Below, piece after piece: positions 49,907-62,700 of a DNA stretch of 64,000 nucleotides. The stretch's first letter is position 1; every line of letters starts with the position of its first letter. The position numbers were made by a program, and so were the translations under genes. The notes under the pieces were generated by a model. It saw only the letters and a program-made list of their open reading frames with translations. It was not told the origin of the DNA and searched no databases. The stretch spans positions 348,502,001-348,566,000 of the forward strand of contig OZ024742.1 of assembly GCA_964016885.1 (NCBI GenBank). The letters are read 5' to 3'. The DNA comes from Eledone cirrhosa (Eukaryota).

Positions 49907-52900
49907 GTTGAGTTGTTCTTGGACAGCTAAGGTGTTCTACTCAAGTGTAGTTGGACATTTAAGGTGTTCTACTCAGGTGTAGTTGAACAGTTAAGGTGTT
50001 CTATTCAGGTGTAGTTGAACAGTTAAGGTGTTCTATTCAGGTGTGGTTGGTTAGTTAAGGTGGTCTACTCAGGTGTAGATGGATAGTTAAGGTGTTCTAC
50101 TCAGGTGTAGATGGACAGTTAAGGTGTTCTACTCAGGTCTAGTTGGACAGTTAAGGTGTTCTACTCAGGTGTGGTTGAACAGTTAAGGTGTTCTACTCAG
50201 GTGTGGGTGGACAGCTAAGGTGTTCTACGCAGGTGTGATTGGACAGTTAAGGTGTTCTACTCAGGTGTGGTTGGACAGCTAAGGTGTTCTACTCAGGTGT
50301 AGATGGACAGTTAAGGTGTTCTACTCAGGTGTGGTTGGACAGGTAAGGTGTTCTACTCAGGTGTAGGTGGACAGTTAAGGTGTTCTACTGATGTGTGGTT
50401 GGTTAGTTAAGGTGTTCTACTCAGGTGTAGTTGGACATTTAAGATGTTCTACGCAGGTGTAGTTGGACAGTTAATGTGTTCTCCTCATGTGTGATTGGAC
50501 AGTTAAGGTGTTCTACTGATGCGTGGTTGGTTAGTTAAGGTGTTCTATTCAGGTGTAGTTGGACAGTTAAGGTGTTCTACTCAGGTGTAGTTGGACAGTT
50601 AAGGTGTTCTACTCAGGTGTAGTTGGACAGTTAAGGTGTTCTACTCAGGTGTGATTGGACAGTTAAGGTGTTCTACTCAGGTGTAGTTGGACAGTTAAGG
50701 TGTTCTCCTGATGTGTGGTTGGTTAGTTAAGGTGTTCTACTCAGGTGTAGTTGGACATTTAAGATGTTCTACGCAGGTGTAGTTGGACAGTTAATGTGTT
50801 CTCCTCATGTGTGATTGGACAGTTAAGGTGTTCTACTGATGCGTGGTTGGTTAGTTAAGGTGTTCTATTCAGGTGTAGTTGGACAGTTAAGGTGTTCTAC
50901 TCAGGTGTAGTTGGACAGTTAAGGTGTTCTACTCAGGTGTAGTTGGACAGTTAAGGTGTTCTACTCAGGTGTGATTGGACAGTTAAGGTGTTCTACTCAG
51001 GTGTAGTTGGACAGTTAAGGTGTTCTACTCAGGTGTGATTGGACAGTTAAAGTGTTCTACTCAGATGTGGTTGGACAGTTAAGATGTTCTACTGATGTGT
51101 GGTTGGTTAGTTAAGGTGTTCTACTCAGGTGTAGTTGAACAGTTAAGGTGTTCTACTCAGCTGTGGTTGGACAGTTAAGGTGTTCTACTCAGGTGTGGTT
51201 GGACAGTTAAGGTGTTCTACTCAGGTGTAGTTGGACGGTTAAGGTGTTCTCCTGATGTGTGGTTGGTTAGTTAAGGTGTTCTACGCAGGTGTAGTTGGAC
51301 AGTTAAAGTGTTCTACTCAGATGTGGTTGGACAGTTAAGATGTTCTACTGATGTGTGGTTGGTTAGTTAAGGTGTTCTACTCAGGGGTAGTTGAACAGTT
51401 AAGGTGTTCTACTCAGCTGTGGTTGGACAGTTAAGGTGTTCTACTGATGTGTGGTTGAACAGTTAAGGTGCTCTACTCAGGTGTAGTTGGACATTTAAGG
51501 TGTTCTATTCAGGTGTAGTTGGACAGTTAAGGTGTTCTACTGATGTGTGGTTGGTTAGTTAAGGTGTTCTAATCAGGTGTGGTTGGACAGTTAAGGTGTT
51601 CTACTCATGTGTAGTTGAACAGTTAAGGTGTTCTATTCAGGTGTGGTTGGTTAGTTAATTTGTTCTATTCAGGTGTGGTTGGTTAGTTAAGGTGGTCTAC
51701 TCAGGTGTAGATGGACAGTTTAGGTGTTCGACTCAGGTGTGGTTGGTTATATAAGGTGGTCTACTCAGGTGTAGATGGACAGTTAACGTGTTCTACTGAT
51801 GTGTGGTTGGTTAGTTAAGGTGTTCTACTCAGGTGTAGTTGAACAGTTAATGTGTTCTACTCAGCTGTGGTTGGACAATTAAGGTGTTCTACTGATGTGT
51901 GGTTAGTTAGTTAAGGTGTTCTACTCAGGTGTAGTTGGACAGTTAAGGTGTTCTACTCAGGTGTGGTTGGACAGTTAAGATGTTCTACTGATGTGTGGTT
52001 GGTTAGTTAATGTGTTCTACTCAGGTGTGTTTGGACAGTTAAGGTGTTCTACTCAGGTGTGGTTGGACAGCTAAGGTGTTCTATTCTGGTGTAGTTGGAC
52101 AGTTAAGGTGTTCTATTCAGGTGTAGTTGGACAGTTAAGGTGTTCTACTCAGGTGTAGTTGGACAGTTAACGTGTTCTGCTGATGTGTGGTTGGTTAGTT
52201 AAGGTGTTCTACTCAGGTGTAGTTGGACAGTTAAAGTGTTCTACTCAGCTGTGGTTGGACAGTTAAGATGTTCTACTGATGTGTGGTTGGTTAGTTAAGG
52301 TGTTCTATTCAGGTGTAGTTGGACAGTTAAGGTGTTCTACTCAGGTGTGGTTGGACAGTTAAGGTGTTCTACTGATGTGTGGTTGGTTAGTTAAGGTGTT
52401 CTACTCAGGTGTGGTTGAACAGTTAAGGTGTTCTACTCAGGTGTGGTTGGACAGCTAAGGTGTTCTACTCAGGTGTGGTTGGACAGCTAAGGTATTCTAC
52501 TCAAGTGTAGTTGGACATTTAAGGTGTTCTACTCAGGTGTAGTTGAACAGTTAAGGTGTTCTACTCAGGTGTGGTTGAACAGTTAAGGTGTTCTACTCAG
52601 GTGTAGTTGGACAGTTAAGGTGTTCTACTCAGGTGTAGTTGAACAGTTAAGGTGTTCTATTCAGGTGTAGTTGGACAGTTAATTTGTTCTACTCAGGTGT
52701 GGTTGAACAGTTAAGGTGTTCTACTGAGGTGTAGTTGGACAGTTAAGGTGTTCTATTCAGGTGTTGTTGAACAGTTAAGGTGTTCTACTGATGTGTGGTT
52801 GGACAGTTAAGGTGTTCTACTCAGGTGTAGTTGAACAGTTAAGGTGTTCTACTCAGGTGTGTTTGGACAGTTAAGGTGTTCTATTCAGGTGTGGTTGAAC

Positions 52901-55900
52901 AGTTAAGGTGTTCTACTGATGTGTGGTTGGACAGTTAAGATGTCCTACTCAGATGTAGTTGAACAGTTAAGGTGTTCTATTCAGGTGTGGTTGAACAGTT
53001 AAAGTGTTCTACTCAGGTGTAGTTGGACAGTTAAGGTGTTCTACTCAGGTCTAGTTGGACAGTTAAGGTGTTCTACTGGTGTGTGGTTTGTTAGTTAAGG
53101 TGTTCTACTCATGTGTAGTTGAACAGTTAAGGTGTTCTACTCAGGTGTGGTTGGACAGTTAAGATGTTCTACTCAGATGTAGTTAAACAGTTAAGGTGTT
53201 CTATTCAGGTGTAGTTGGACAGTTAAGGTGTTCTACTCAGGTGTAGTTGGACAGTTAAGGTGTTCTACTCAGGCGTAGTTGGACAGTTAAGGTGTTCTAC
53301 TGATATGTGGTTGGTTAGTTAAGGTGTTCTACTCAGGTGAAGTTGGACATTTAAGGTGTTCTATTCAGGTGTAGTTGGACAGTTAAGGTGTCCTATTCAG
53401 GTGTGGTTGAACAGTTAAGGTGTTCTATTCAGGTGTGGTTGGACAGTTAAAGTGGTCTACTCAGGTGTGGTTGGTTAGTTAAGGTGTTCTACTCAGGTGT
53501 AGTTGATCAGTTAAGGTGTTCTATTCAGGTGTAGTTGGACAGTTAAGGTGGTCTACTCAGGTGTAGTTGGACAGTTAAGGTGTTCTACTGATGTGTGGTT
53601 GGTTAGTTAAGGTGTTCTACTCAGGTGTAGTTGAACAGTTAAGGTGTTCTGCTCAGCTGTGGTTGGACAGTTAAGGTGTTCTACTGATGTGTGGTTGGTT
53701 AGTTAAGGTGTTCTACTCAGGTGTAGTTGGACAGTTAAGGTGTTCTACTCAGTTGTGGTTGGACAGTTAACTTGTTCTACTGATGTGTGTTTGGTTAGTT
53801 AAGGTGTTCTACTCAGGTGTGGTTGAACAGTTGAGCTGTTCTACTCAGGTGTGGCTGGACAGCTAAGGTGTTCTACTCAGGTGTAGTTGGACAGTTAACG
53901 TGTTCTCCTGATGTGTGGTTGGTTAGTTAAGGTGTTCTACTCAGGTGTAGTTGGACAGTTAAAGTGTTCTACTCAGCTGTGGTTGGACAGTTAAGATGTC
54001 CTACTGATGTGTGGTTGGTTAGTTAAGGTGTTCTACTCAGGTGTAGTTGGAGAGTTAAGGTGTTCTACTCAGGTCTGGTTGGACAGTTAAGGTGTTCTAC
54101 TGATGTGTGGTTGGTTAGTTAAGGTGTTCTACTCAGGTGTGGTTGAACAGTTAAGGTGTTCTACTCAGGTGTGGTTGGACAGTTAAGGTGTTCTACTGAT
54201 GTGTGGTTGGTTAGTTAAGGTGTTCTACTCAGGTGTGGTTGAACAGTTAAGGTGTTCTACTCAGGTGTGGTTGGACAGCTAAGGTGTTCTACTCAGGTGT
54301 GGTTGGACAGCTAAGGTCTTCTACTCAAGTGTAGTTGGACATTTAAGGTGTTCTACTCAGGTGTAGTTGAACAGTTAAGGTGTTCTACTCAGGTGTGGTT
54401 GAACAGTTAAGGTGTTCTACACAGGTGTATTTGGACAGTTAAGGTGTTCTACTCAGGTGTAGTTGAACAGTTAAGGTGTTCTATTCAGGTGTAGTTGGAC
54501 AGTTAAGGTGTTCTACTCAGGTGTGGTTGAACAGTTAAGGTGTTCTACTGAGGTGTAGTTGGACAGTTAAGGTGTTGTATTCAGGTGTTGTTGAACAGTT
54601 AAGGTGTTCTACTGATGTGTGGTTGGACAGTTAAGGTGTTCTACTCAGGTGTAGTTGAACAGTTAAGGTGTTCTACTCAGGTGTGTTTGGACAGTTAAGG
54701 TGTTCTATTCAGGTATGGTTGAACAGTTAAGATGTTCTACTGATGTGTGGTTGGACAGTTAAGATGTCCTACTCAGATGTAGTTGAACAGTTAAGGTGTT
54801 CTATTCAGGTGTGGTTGAACAGTTAAAGTGTTCTACTCAGGTGTAGTTGGACAGTTAAGGTGTTCTACTCAGGTGTAGTTGGACAGTTAAGGTGTTCTAC
54901 TGGTGTGTGGTTGGTTAGTTAAGGTGTTCTACTCATGTGTAGTTGAACAGTTAAGGTATTCTACTCAGGTGTAGTTGGACAGTTAAGGTGTTCTATTCAG
55001 GTGTGGTTTAACAGTTAAGGTGTTCTACTCAGGTGTGGTTGGACAGTTAAGATGTTCTACTCAGGTGTAGTTGAACAGTTAACGTGTTCTATTCAGGTGT
55101 AGTTGGACAGTTAAGGTGTTCTACTCAGGTGTAGTTGGACAGTTAAGGTGTTCTACTCAGGCGTGGTTGGACAGTTAAGGTGTTCTACTGATATGTGGTT
55201 GGTTAGTTAAGGTGTTCTACTCAGGTGAAGTTGGGCATTTAAGGTGTTCTATTCAGGTGTAGTTGGACAGTTAAGGTGTTCTATTCAGGTGTGGTTGAAC
55301 AGTTAAGGTGTTCTATTCAGGTGTGGTTGGACAGTTAAAGTGGTCTACTCAGGTGTAGTTGATCAGTTAAGGTGTTCAATTCAGGTGTAGTTGGACAGTT
55401 AAGGTGGTCTTCTCAGGTGTAGTTAGACAGTTAAGGTGTTCTACTGATGTGTGGTTGGTTAGTTAAGGTGTTCTACTCAGGTGTAGTTGGAGAGTTAAAG
55501 TGTTCTACTCAGCTGTGGTTGGACAGTTAAGATGTTCTACTGATGTGTGGTTGGTTAGTTAAGGTGTTCTACTCAGGTGTAGTTGGAGAGTTAAGGTGTT
55601 CTACTCAGGTCTGGTTGGACAGTTAATGTGTTCTACTGATGTGTGGTTGGTTAGTTAAGGTGTTCTACTCAGGTGTGGTTGAACAGTTAAGGTGTTCTAC
55701 TCAGGTGTGGTTGGACAGTTAAGGTGTTCTTCTGATGTGTGGTTGGTTAGTTAAGGTGTTCTACTCAGGTGTGGTTGAACAGTTAAGGTGTTCTACTCAG
55801 GTGTGGTTGGACAGCTAATGTGTTCTACTCAGGTGTGGTTGGACAGCTAAGGTGTTCTACTCAAGTGTAGTTGGACATTTAAGGTGTTCTACTCAGGTGT

Positions 55901-58900
55901 AGTTGAACAGTTAAGGTGTTCTACTAAGGTGTAGTTGGACAGTTAAGGTGTTCTATTCAGGTGTGGTTGAACAGTTAAGGTGTTCTACTCAGGTGTAGTT
56001 GGACAGTTAAGGTGTTCTACTCAGGTGTAGTTGGACAGTTAAGGTGTTCTACTCAGGTGTGGTTGGACAGTTAAGGTGTTCTACTCAGGTGTAGTTGGAC
56101 GGTTAAGGTGTTCTTCTGATGTGTGGTTGGTTAGTTAAGGTGTTCTACGCAGGTGTAGTTGGACAGTTAAAGTGTTCTACTCAGATGTGGTTGGACAGTT
56201 AAGATGTTCTACTGATGTGTGGTTGGTTAGTTAAGGTGTTCTACTCAGGGGTAGTTGAACAGTTAAGGTGTTCTACTCAGCTGTGGTTGGACAGTTAAGG
56301 TGTTCTACTGATGTGTGGTTGAACAGTTAAGGTGGTCTACTCAGGTGTAGTTGGACATTTAAGGTGTTCTATTCAGGTGTAGTTGGACAGTTAAGGTGTT
56401 CTACTGATGTGTGGTTGGTTAGTTAAGGTGTTCTAATCAGGTGTGGTTGGACAGTTAAGGTGTTCTACTCATGTGTAGTTGAACAGTTAAGGTGTTCTAT
56501 TCAGGTGTGGTTGGTTAGTTAATTTGTTCTATTCAGGTGTGGTTGGTTAGTTAAGGTGGTCTACTCAGGTGTAGATGGACAGTTTAGGTGTTCGACTCAG
56601 GTGTGGTTGGTTATATAAGGTGGTCTACTCAGGTGTAGATGGACAGTTAACGTGTTCTACTGATGTGTGGTTGGTTAGTTAAGGTGTTCTACTCAGGTGT
56701 AGTTGAACAGTTAAGGTGTTCTACTCAGCTGTGGTTGGACAATTAAGGTGTTCTACTGATGTGTGGTTAGTTAGTTAAGGTGTTCTACTCAGGTGTAGTT
56801 GGACAGTTAAGGTGTTCTACTCAGGTGTGGTTGGACAGTTAAGATGTTCTACTGATGTGTGGTTGGTTAGTTAATGTGTTCTACTCAGGTGTGTTTGGAC
56901 AGTTAAGGTGTTCTACTCAGGTGTGGTTGGACAGCTAAGGTGTTCTATTCTGGTGTAGTTGGACAGTTAAGGTGTTCTATTCAGGTGTAGTTGGACAGTT
57001 AAGGTGTTCTACTCAGGTGTAGTTGGACAGTTAACGTGTTCTCCTGATGTGTGGTTGGTTAGTTAAGGTGTTCTACTCAGGTGTAGTTGGACAGTTAAAG
57101 TGTTCTACTCAGCTGTGGTTGGACAGTTAAGATGTCCTACTGATGTGTGGTTGGTTAGTTAAGGTGTTCTACTCAGGTGTAGTTGGAGAGTTAAGGTGTT
57201 CTACTCAGGTCTGGTTGGACAGTTAAGGTGTTCTACTGATGTGTGGTTGGTTAGTTAAGGTGTTCTACTCAGGTGTGGTTGAACAGTTAAGGTGTTCTAC
57301 TCAGGTGTGGTTGGACAGTTAAGGTGTTCTACTGATGTGTGGTTGGTTAGTTAAGGTGTTCTACTCAGGTGTGGTTGAACAGTTAAGGTGTTCTACTCAG
57401 GTGTGGTTGGACAGCTAAGGTGTTCTACTCAGGTGTGGTTGGACAGCTAAGGTCTTCTACTCAAGTGTAGTTGGACATTTAAGGTGTTCTACTCAGGTGT
57501 AGTTGAACAGTTAAGGTGTTCTACTCAGGTGTGGTTGAACAGTTAAGGTGTTCTACACAGGTGTATTTGGACAGTTAAGGTGTTCTACTCAGGTGTAGTT
57601 GAACAGTTAAGGTGTTCTATTCAGGTGTAGTTGGACAGTTAAGGTGTTCTACTCAGGTGTGGTTGAACAGTTAAGGTGTTCTACTGAGGTGTAGTTGGAC
57701 AGTTAAGGTGTTGTATTCAGGTGTATTTGAACAGTTAAGGTGTTCTACTGATGTGTGGTTGGACAGTTAAGGTGTTCTACTCAGGTGTAGTTGAACAGTT
57801 AAGGTGTTCTACTCAGGTGTGTTTGGACAGTTAAGGTGTTCTATTCAGGTATGGTTGAACAGTTAAGATGTTCTACTGATGTGTGGTTGGACAGTTAAGA
57901 TGTCCTACTCAGATGTAGTTGAACAGTTAAGGTGTTCTATTCAGGTGTGGTTGAACAGTTAAAGTGTTCTACTCAGGTGTAGTTGGACAGTTAAGGTGTT
58001 CTACTCAGGTGTAGTTGGACAGTTAAGGTGTTCTACTGGTGTGTGGTTGGTTAGTTAAGGTGTTCTACTCATGTGTAGTTGAACAGTTAAGGTATTCTAC
58101 TCAGGTGTAGTTGGACAGTTAAGGTGTTCTATTCAGGTGTGGTTTAACAGTTAAGGTGTTCTACTCAGGTGTGGTTGGACAGTTAAGATGTTCTACTCAG
58201 GTGTAGTTGAACAGTTAACGTGTTCTATTCAGGTGTAGTTGGACAGTTAAGGTGTTCTACTCAGGTGTAGTTGGACAGTTAAGGTGTTCTACTCAGGCGT
58301 GGTTGGACAGTTAAGGTGTTCTACTGATATGTGGTTGGTTAGTTAAGGTGTTCTACTCAGGTGAAGTTGGGCATTTAAGGTGTTCTATTCAGGTGTAGTT
58401 GGACAGTTAAGGTGTTCTATTCAGGTGTGGTTGAACAGTTAAGGTGTTCTATTCAGGTGTGGTTGGACAGTTAAAGTGGTCTACTCAGGTGTAGTTGATC
58501 AGTTAAGGTGTTCAATTCAGGTGTAGTTGGACAGTTAAGGTGGTCTTCTCAGGTGTAGTTAGACAGTTAAGGTGTTCTACTGATGTGTGGTTGGTTAGTT
58601 AAGGTGTTCTACTCAGGTGTAGTTGGAGAGTTAAAGTGTTCTACTCAGCTGTGGTTGGACAGTTAAGATGTTCTACTGATGTGTGGTTGGTTAGTTAAGG
58701 TGTTCTACTCAGGTGTAGTTGGAGAGTTAAGGTGTTCTACTCAGGTCTGGTTGGACAGTTAATGTGTTCTACTGATGTGTGGTTGGTTAGTTAAGGTGTT
58801 CTACTCAGGTGTGGTTGAACAGTTAAGGTGTTCTACTCAGGTGTGGTTGGACAGTTAAGGTGTTCTTCTGATGTGTGGTTGGTTAGTTAAGGTGTTCTAC

Positions 58901-59744
58901 TCAGGTGTGGTTGAACAGTTAAGGTGTTCTACTCAGGTGTGGTTGGACAGCTAATGTGTTCTACTCAGGTGTGGTTGGACAGCTAAGGTGTTCTACTCAA
59001 GTGTAGTTGGACATTTAAGGTGTTCTACTCAGGTGTAGTTGAACAGTTAAGGTGTTCTACTAAGGTGTAGTTGGACAGTTAAGGTGTTCTATTCAGGTGT
59101 GGTTGAACAGTTAAGGTGTTCTACTCAGGTGTGGTTGGACAGATAAGGTGTTCTACTCAGGTGTAGTTGAACAGTTAAGGTGTTCTATTCAGGTGTAGTT
59201 GGACAGTTAAGGTGTTCTACTCAGGTATGGTTGAACAGTTAAGGTGTTCTACTCAGGTGTAGTTGGACAGTTAAGGTGTTCTACTCAGGTGTAGTTGAAC
59301 AGTTAAGGTGTTCTATTCAGGTGTAGTTGGACAGTTAAGGTGTTCTACTCAGGTGTGGTTGAACAGTTAAGGTGTTCTACTGAGGTGTAGTTGGACAGTT
59401 AAGGTGTTCTATTCAGGTGTTGTTGAACAGTTAAGGTGTTCTACTGATGTGTGGTTGGACAGTTAAGGTGTTCTACTCAGGTGTAGTTGAACAGTTAAGG
59501 TGTTCTACTCAGGTGTGTTTGGACAGTTAAGGTGTTCTATTCAGGTGTGGTTGAACAGTTAAGGTGTTCTACTGATGTGTGGTTGGACAGTTAAGATGTC
59601 CTACTCAGGTGTAGTTGGACAGTTAAGATGTTCTACTCATGTGTAGTTGAACAGTTAAGGTGTTCTACTCAGGTGTAGTTGGACAGTTAAGGTGTTCTAT
59701 TCAGGTGTAGTTGGACAGTTAAGGTGTTCTACTCAGGTGTAGTT

Positions 59745-62700
59745 GGACAGTTAAGGTGTTCTACTCAGGCGTGGTTGGACAGTTAAGATGTTCTACTGAT
59801 ATGTGGTTGGTTAGTTGAGGTGTTCTACTCAAGTAAAGTTGGGCATTTAAGGTGTTCTATTCAGGTGTAGTTGAACAGTTAAGGTGTTCTATTCAGGTTT
59901 GGTTGGACAGTTAAAGTGGTCTACTCAGGTGTGGTTGGTTAGTTAAGGTGTTCTACTCAGGTGTAGTTGATCAGTTAAGGTGTTCAATTCAGGTGTAGTT
60001 GGACAGTTAAGGTGGTCTTCTCAGGTGTAGTTGGACAGTTAAGGTGTTCTACTGATGTGTGGTTGGTTAGTTAAGGTGTTCTACTCAGGTGTAGTTGAAC
60101 AGTTAAGGTGTTCTACTCAGGTGTGGTTGGACAGTTAAGGTGTTCTACTGATGTGTGTTTGGTTAGTTAAGGTGTTCTACTCAGGTGTGGTTGAACAGTT
60201 GAGTTGTTCTACTCAGGTGTGGCTGGACAGCTAAGGTGTTCTACTCAAGTGTAGCTGGACATTTAAGGTGTTCTACTCAGGTGTAGTTGAACAGTTAAGG
60301 TGTTCTATTCAGGTGTAGTTGAACAGTTAAGGTGTTCTATTCAGGTGCGGTTGGTTAGTTAAGGTGGTCTACTCAGGTGTAGATGGATAGTTAAGGTGTT
60401 CTACTCAGGTGTAGATGGACAGTTAAGGTGTTCTACTCAAGTCTAGTTGGACAGTTAAGGTGTTCTACTCAGGTGTGGTTGAACAGTTAAGGTGTTCTAC
60501 TCAGGTGTGGGGGGACAGCTAAGGTGTTCTATGCAGGTGTGGTTGAGCAGTTAAGGTGTTCTACTCAGGTGTGGTTGGACAGCTAAGGTGTTCAACTCAG
60601 GTGTAGTTGGACAGTTAATGTGTTCTACTCAGGTGTGGTTGGACAGGTAAGGTGTTCTACTCAGGTGTGGTTGAACAGTTAATGTGTTCTACTGAGGTGT
60701 AGTTGGACAGTTAAGGTGTTCAATTCAGGTGTTGTTGAACAGTTAAGGTGTTCTACTGATGTGTGGTTGGACAGTTAAGGTGTTCTACTCAGGTGTAGTT
60801 GAACAGTTAAGGTGTTCTACGCAGGTGTGTTTGGACAGTTAAGGTGTTCTATTCAGGTGTGGTTGAACAGTTAAGGTGTTCTACTGATGTGTGGTTGGAC
60901 AGTTAAATGTCCTACTCAGATGTAGTTGAACAGTTAAGGTGTTCTATTCAGGTGTGGTTGAACAGTTAAAGTGTTCTACTCAGGTGTAGTTGGACAGTTA
61001 AGGTGTTCTACTCAGGTGTAGTTGGACAGTTAAGGTGTTCTACTGGTGTGTTTGGTTAGTTAAGGTGTTCTACTCATGTGTAGTTGGACATTTAAGGTTT
61101 TCTATTCAGGTGTAGTTTGACATGTTAAGGTATTCTACTCAGGTGTGGTTGGACAGTTAAGGTGTTCTACTGATATGTGGTTGGACAGTTAAGGTGTTCT
61201 ACTGATATGTGGTTGGTTAGTTAAGGTGTTCTACTCAGGTGAAGTTGAACAGTTAAGGTGTTCTATTCAGGTGTAGTTGGACAGTTAAGGTGTTCTACTC
61301 AGGTGTGGTTGAACAGTTAGTGTGTTCTACTGAGGTGTAGTTGGACAGTTAAGGTGTTCTATTCAGGTGTTGTTGAACAGTTAAGGTGTTCTACTGATGT
61401 GTGGTTGGACAGTTAAGGTGTTCTACTCAGGTGTAGTTGAACAGTTAAGGTGTTCTACTCAGGTGTGTTTGGACAGTTAAGGTGTTCTATTCAGGTGTGG
61501 TTGAACAGTTAAGGTGTTCTACTGATGTGTGGTTGGACAGTTAAGATGTCCTACTCAGATGTAGTTGAACAGTTAAGGTGTTCTATTCAGGTGTGGTTGA
61601 ACAGTTAAAGTGTTCTACTCAGGTGTAGTTGGACAGTTAAGGTGTTCTACTCAGGTGTAGATGGACAGTTAAGGTGTTCTACTGATGTGTGGTTGGTTAG
61701 TTAAGGTGTTCTACTCATGTGTAGTTGGACATTTAAGGTGTTATATTCAGGTGTAGTTGGACAGTTAAGGTGTTCTACTCAGGTGTGGTTGAACAGTTAA
61801 GGTATTCTACTCAGGTGTAGTTGGACAGTTAAGGTGTTCTACTCAGGTGTGGTTGGACAGTTAAGGTGTTCTACTCAGGTGTGGTTGAACAGTTAAGGTA
61901 TTCTACTCAGGTGTAGTTGGACAGTTAAGGTGTTCTATTCAGGTGGGGTTGAACAGTTAAGGTGTTCTACTCAGGTGTGGTTGGACAGTTAAGATGTTCT
62001 ACTCAGATGTAGTTGAACAGTTAAGGTGTTCTATTCAGGTGTAGTTGGACAGTTAAGGTGTTCTACTCAGGTGTAGTTGGACAGTTAAGGTGTTCTACTC
62101 AGGCGTAGTTGGACAGTTAAGGTGTTCTACTGATATGTGGTTGGTTAGTTAAGGTGTTCTACTCAGGTGAAGTTGGACATTTAAGGTGTTCTATTCAGGT
62201 GTAGTTGGACAGTTAAGGTGTTCTATTCAGGTGTGGTTGAACAGTTAAGGTGTTCTATTCAGGTGTGGTTGGACAGTTAAAGTGGTCTACTCAGGTGTGG
62301 TTGGTTAGTTAAGGTGTTCTACTCAGGTGTAGTTGATCAGTTAAGGTGTTCTATTCAGGTGTAGTTGGACAGTTAAGGTGGTCTACTCAGGTGTAGTTGG
62401 ACAGTTAAGGTGTTCTACTGATGTGTGGTTGGTTAGTTAAGGTGTTCTACTCAGGTGTAGTTGAACAGTTAAGGTGTTCTACTCAGCTGTGGTTGGACAG
62501 TTAAGGTGTTCTACTGATGTGTGGTTGGTTAGTTAAGGTGTTCTACTCAGGTGTAGTTGGACAGTTAAGGTGTTCTACTCAGGTGTGGTTGGACAGTTAA
62601 CGTGTTCTACTGATGTGTGTTTGGTTAGTTAAGTTGTTCTACTCAGGTGTGGTTGAACAGTTGAGCTGTTCTACTCAGGTGTGGCTGGACAGCTAAGGTG

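Larger units (their letters stand above)
20975..59744 (+). repeat. Large tandem duplication: 13,107-bp unit (~20975-34081) followed by a copy (~34082-59744) expanded internally by 2 x 6,278 bp
   Basis: Pairs at +13107: GGAAAG 20975/34082, GTAATTGG 21961/35068, TCGA 21598/34705 and 26065/39172. Pairs at +25663 (= 13107 + 12556): 19-bp monomer 24244/49907, TCGA 30929/56592, CAATT 29714/55377, and the variant A of GGACAGATAAGG 33480/59143. Confidence 0.88.
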
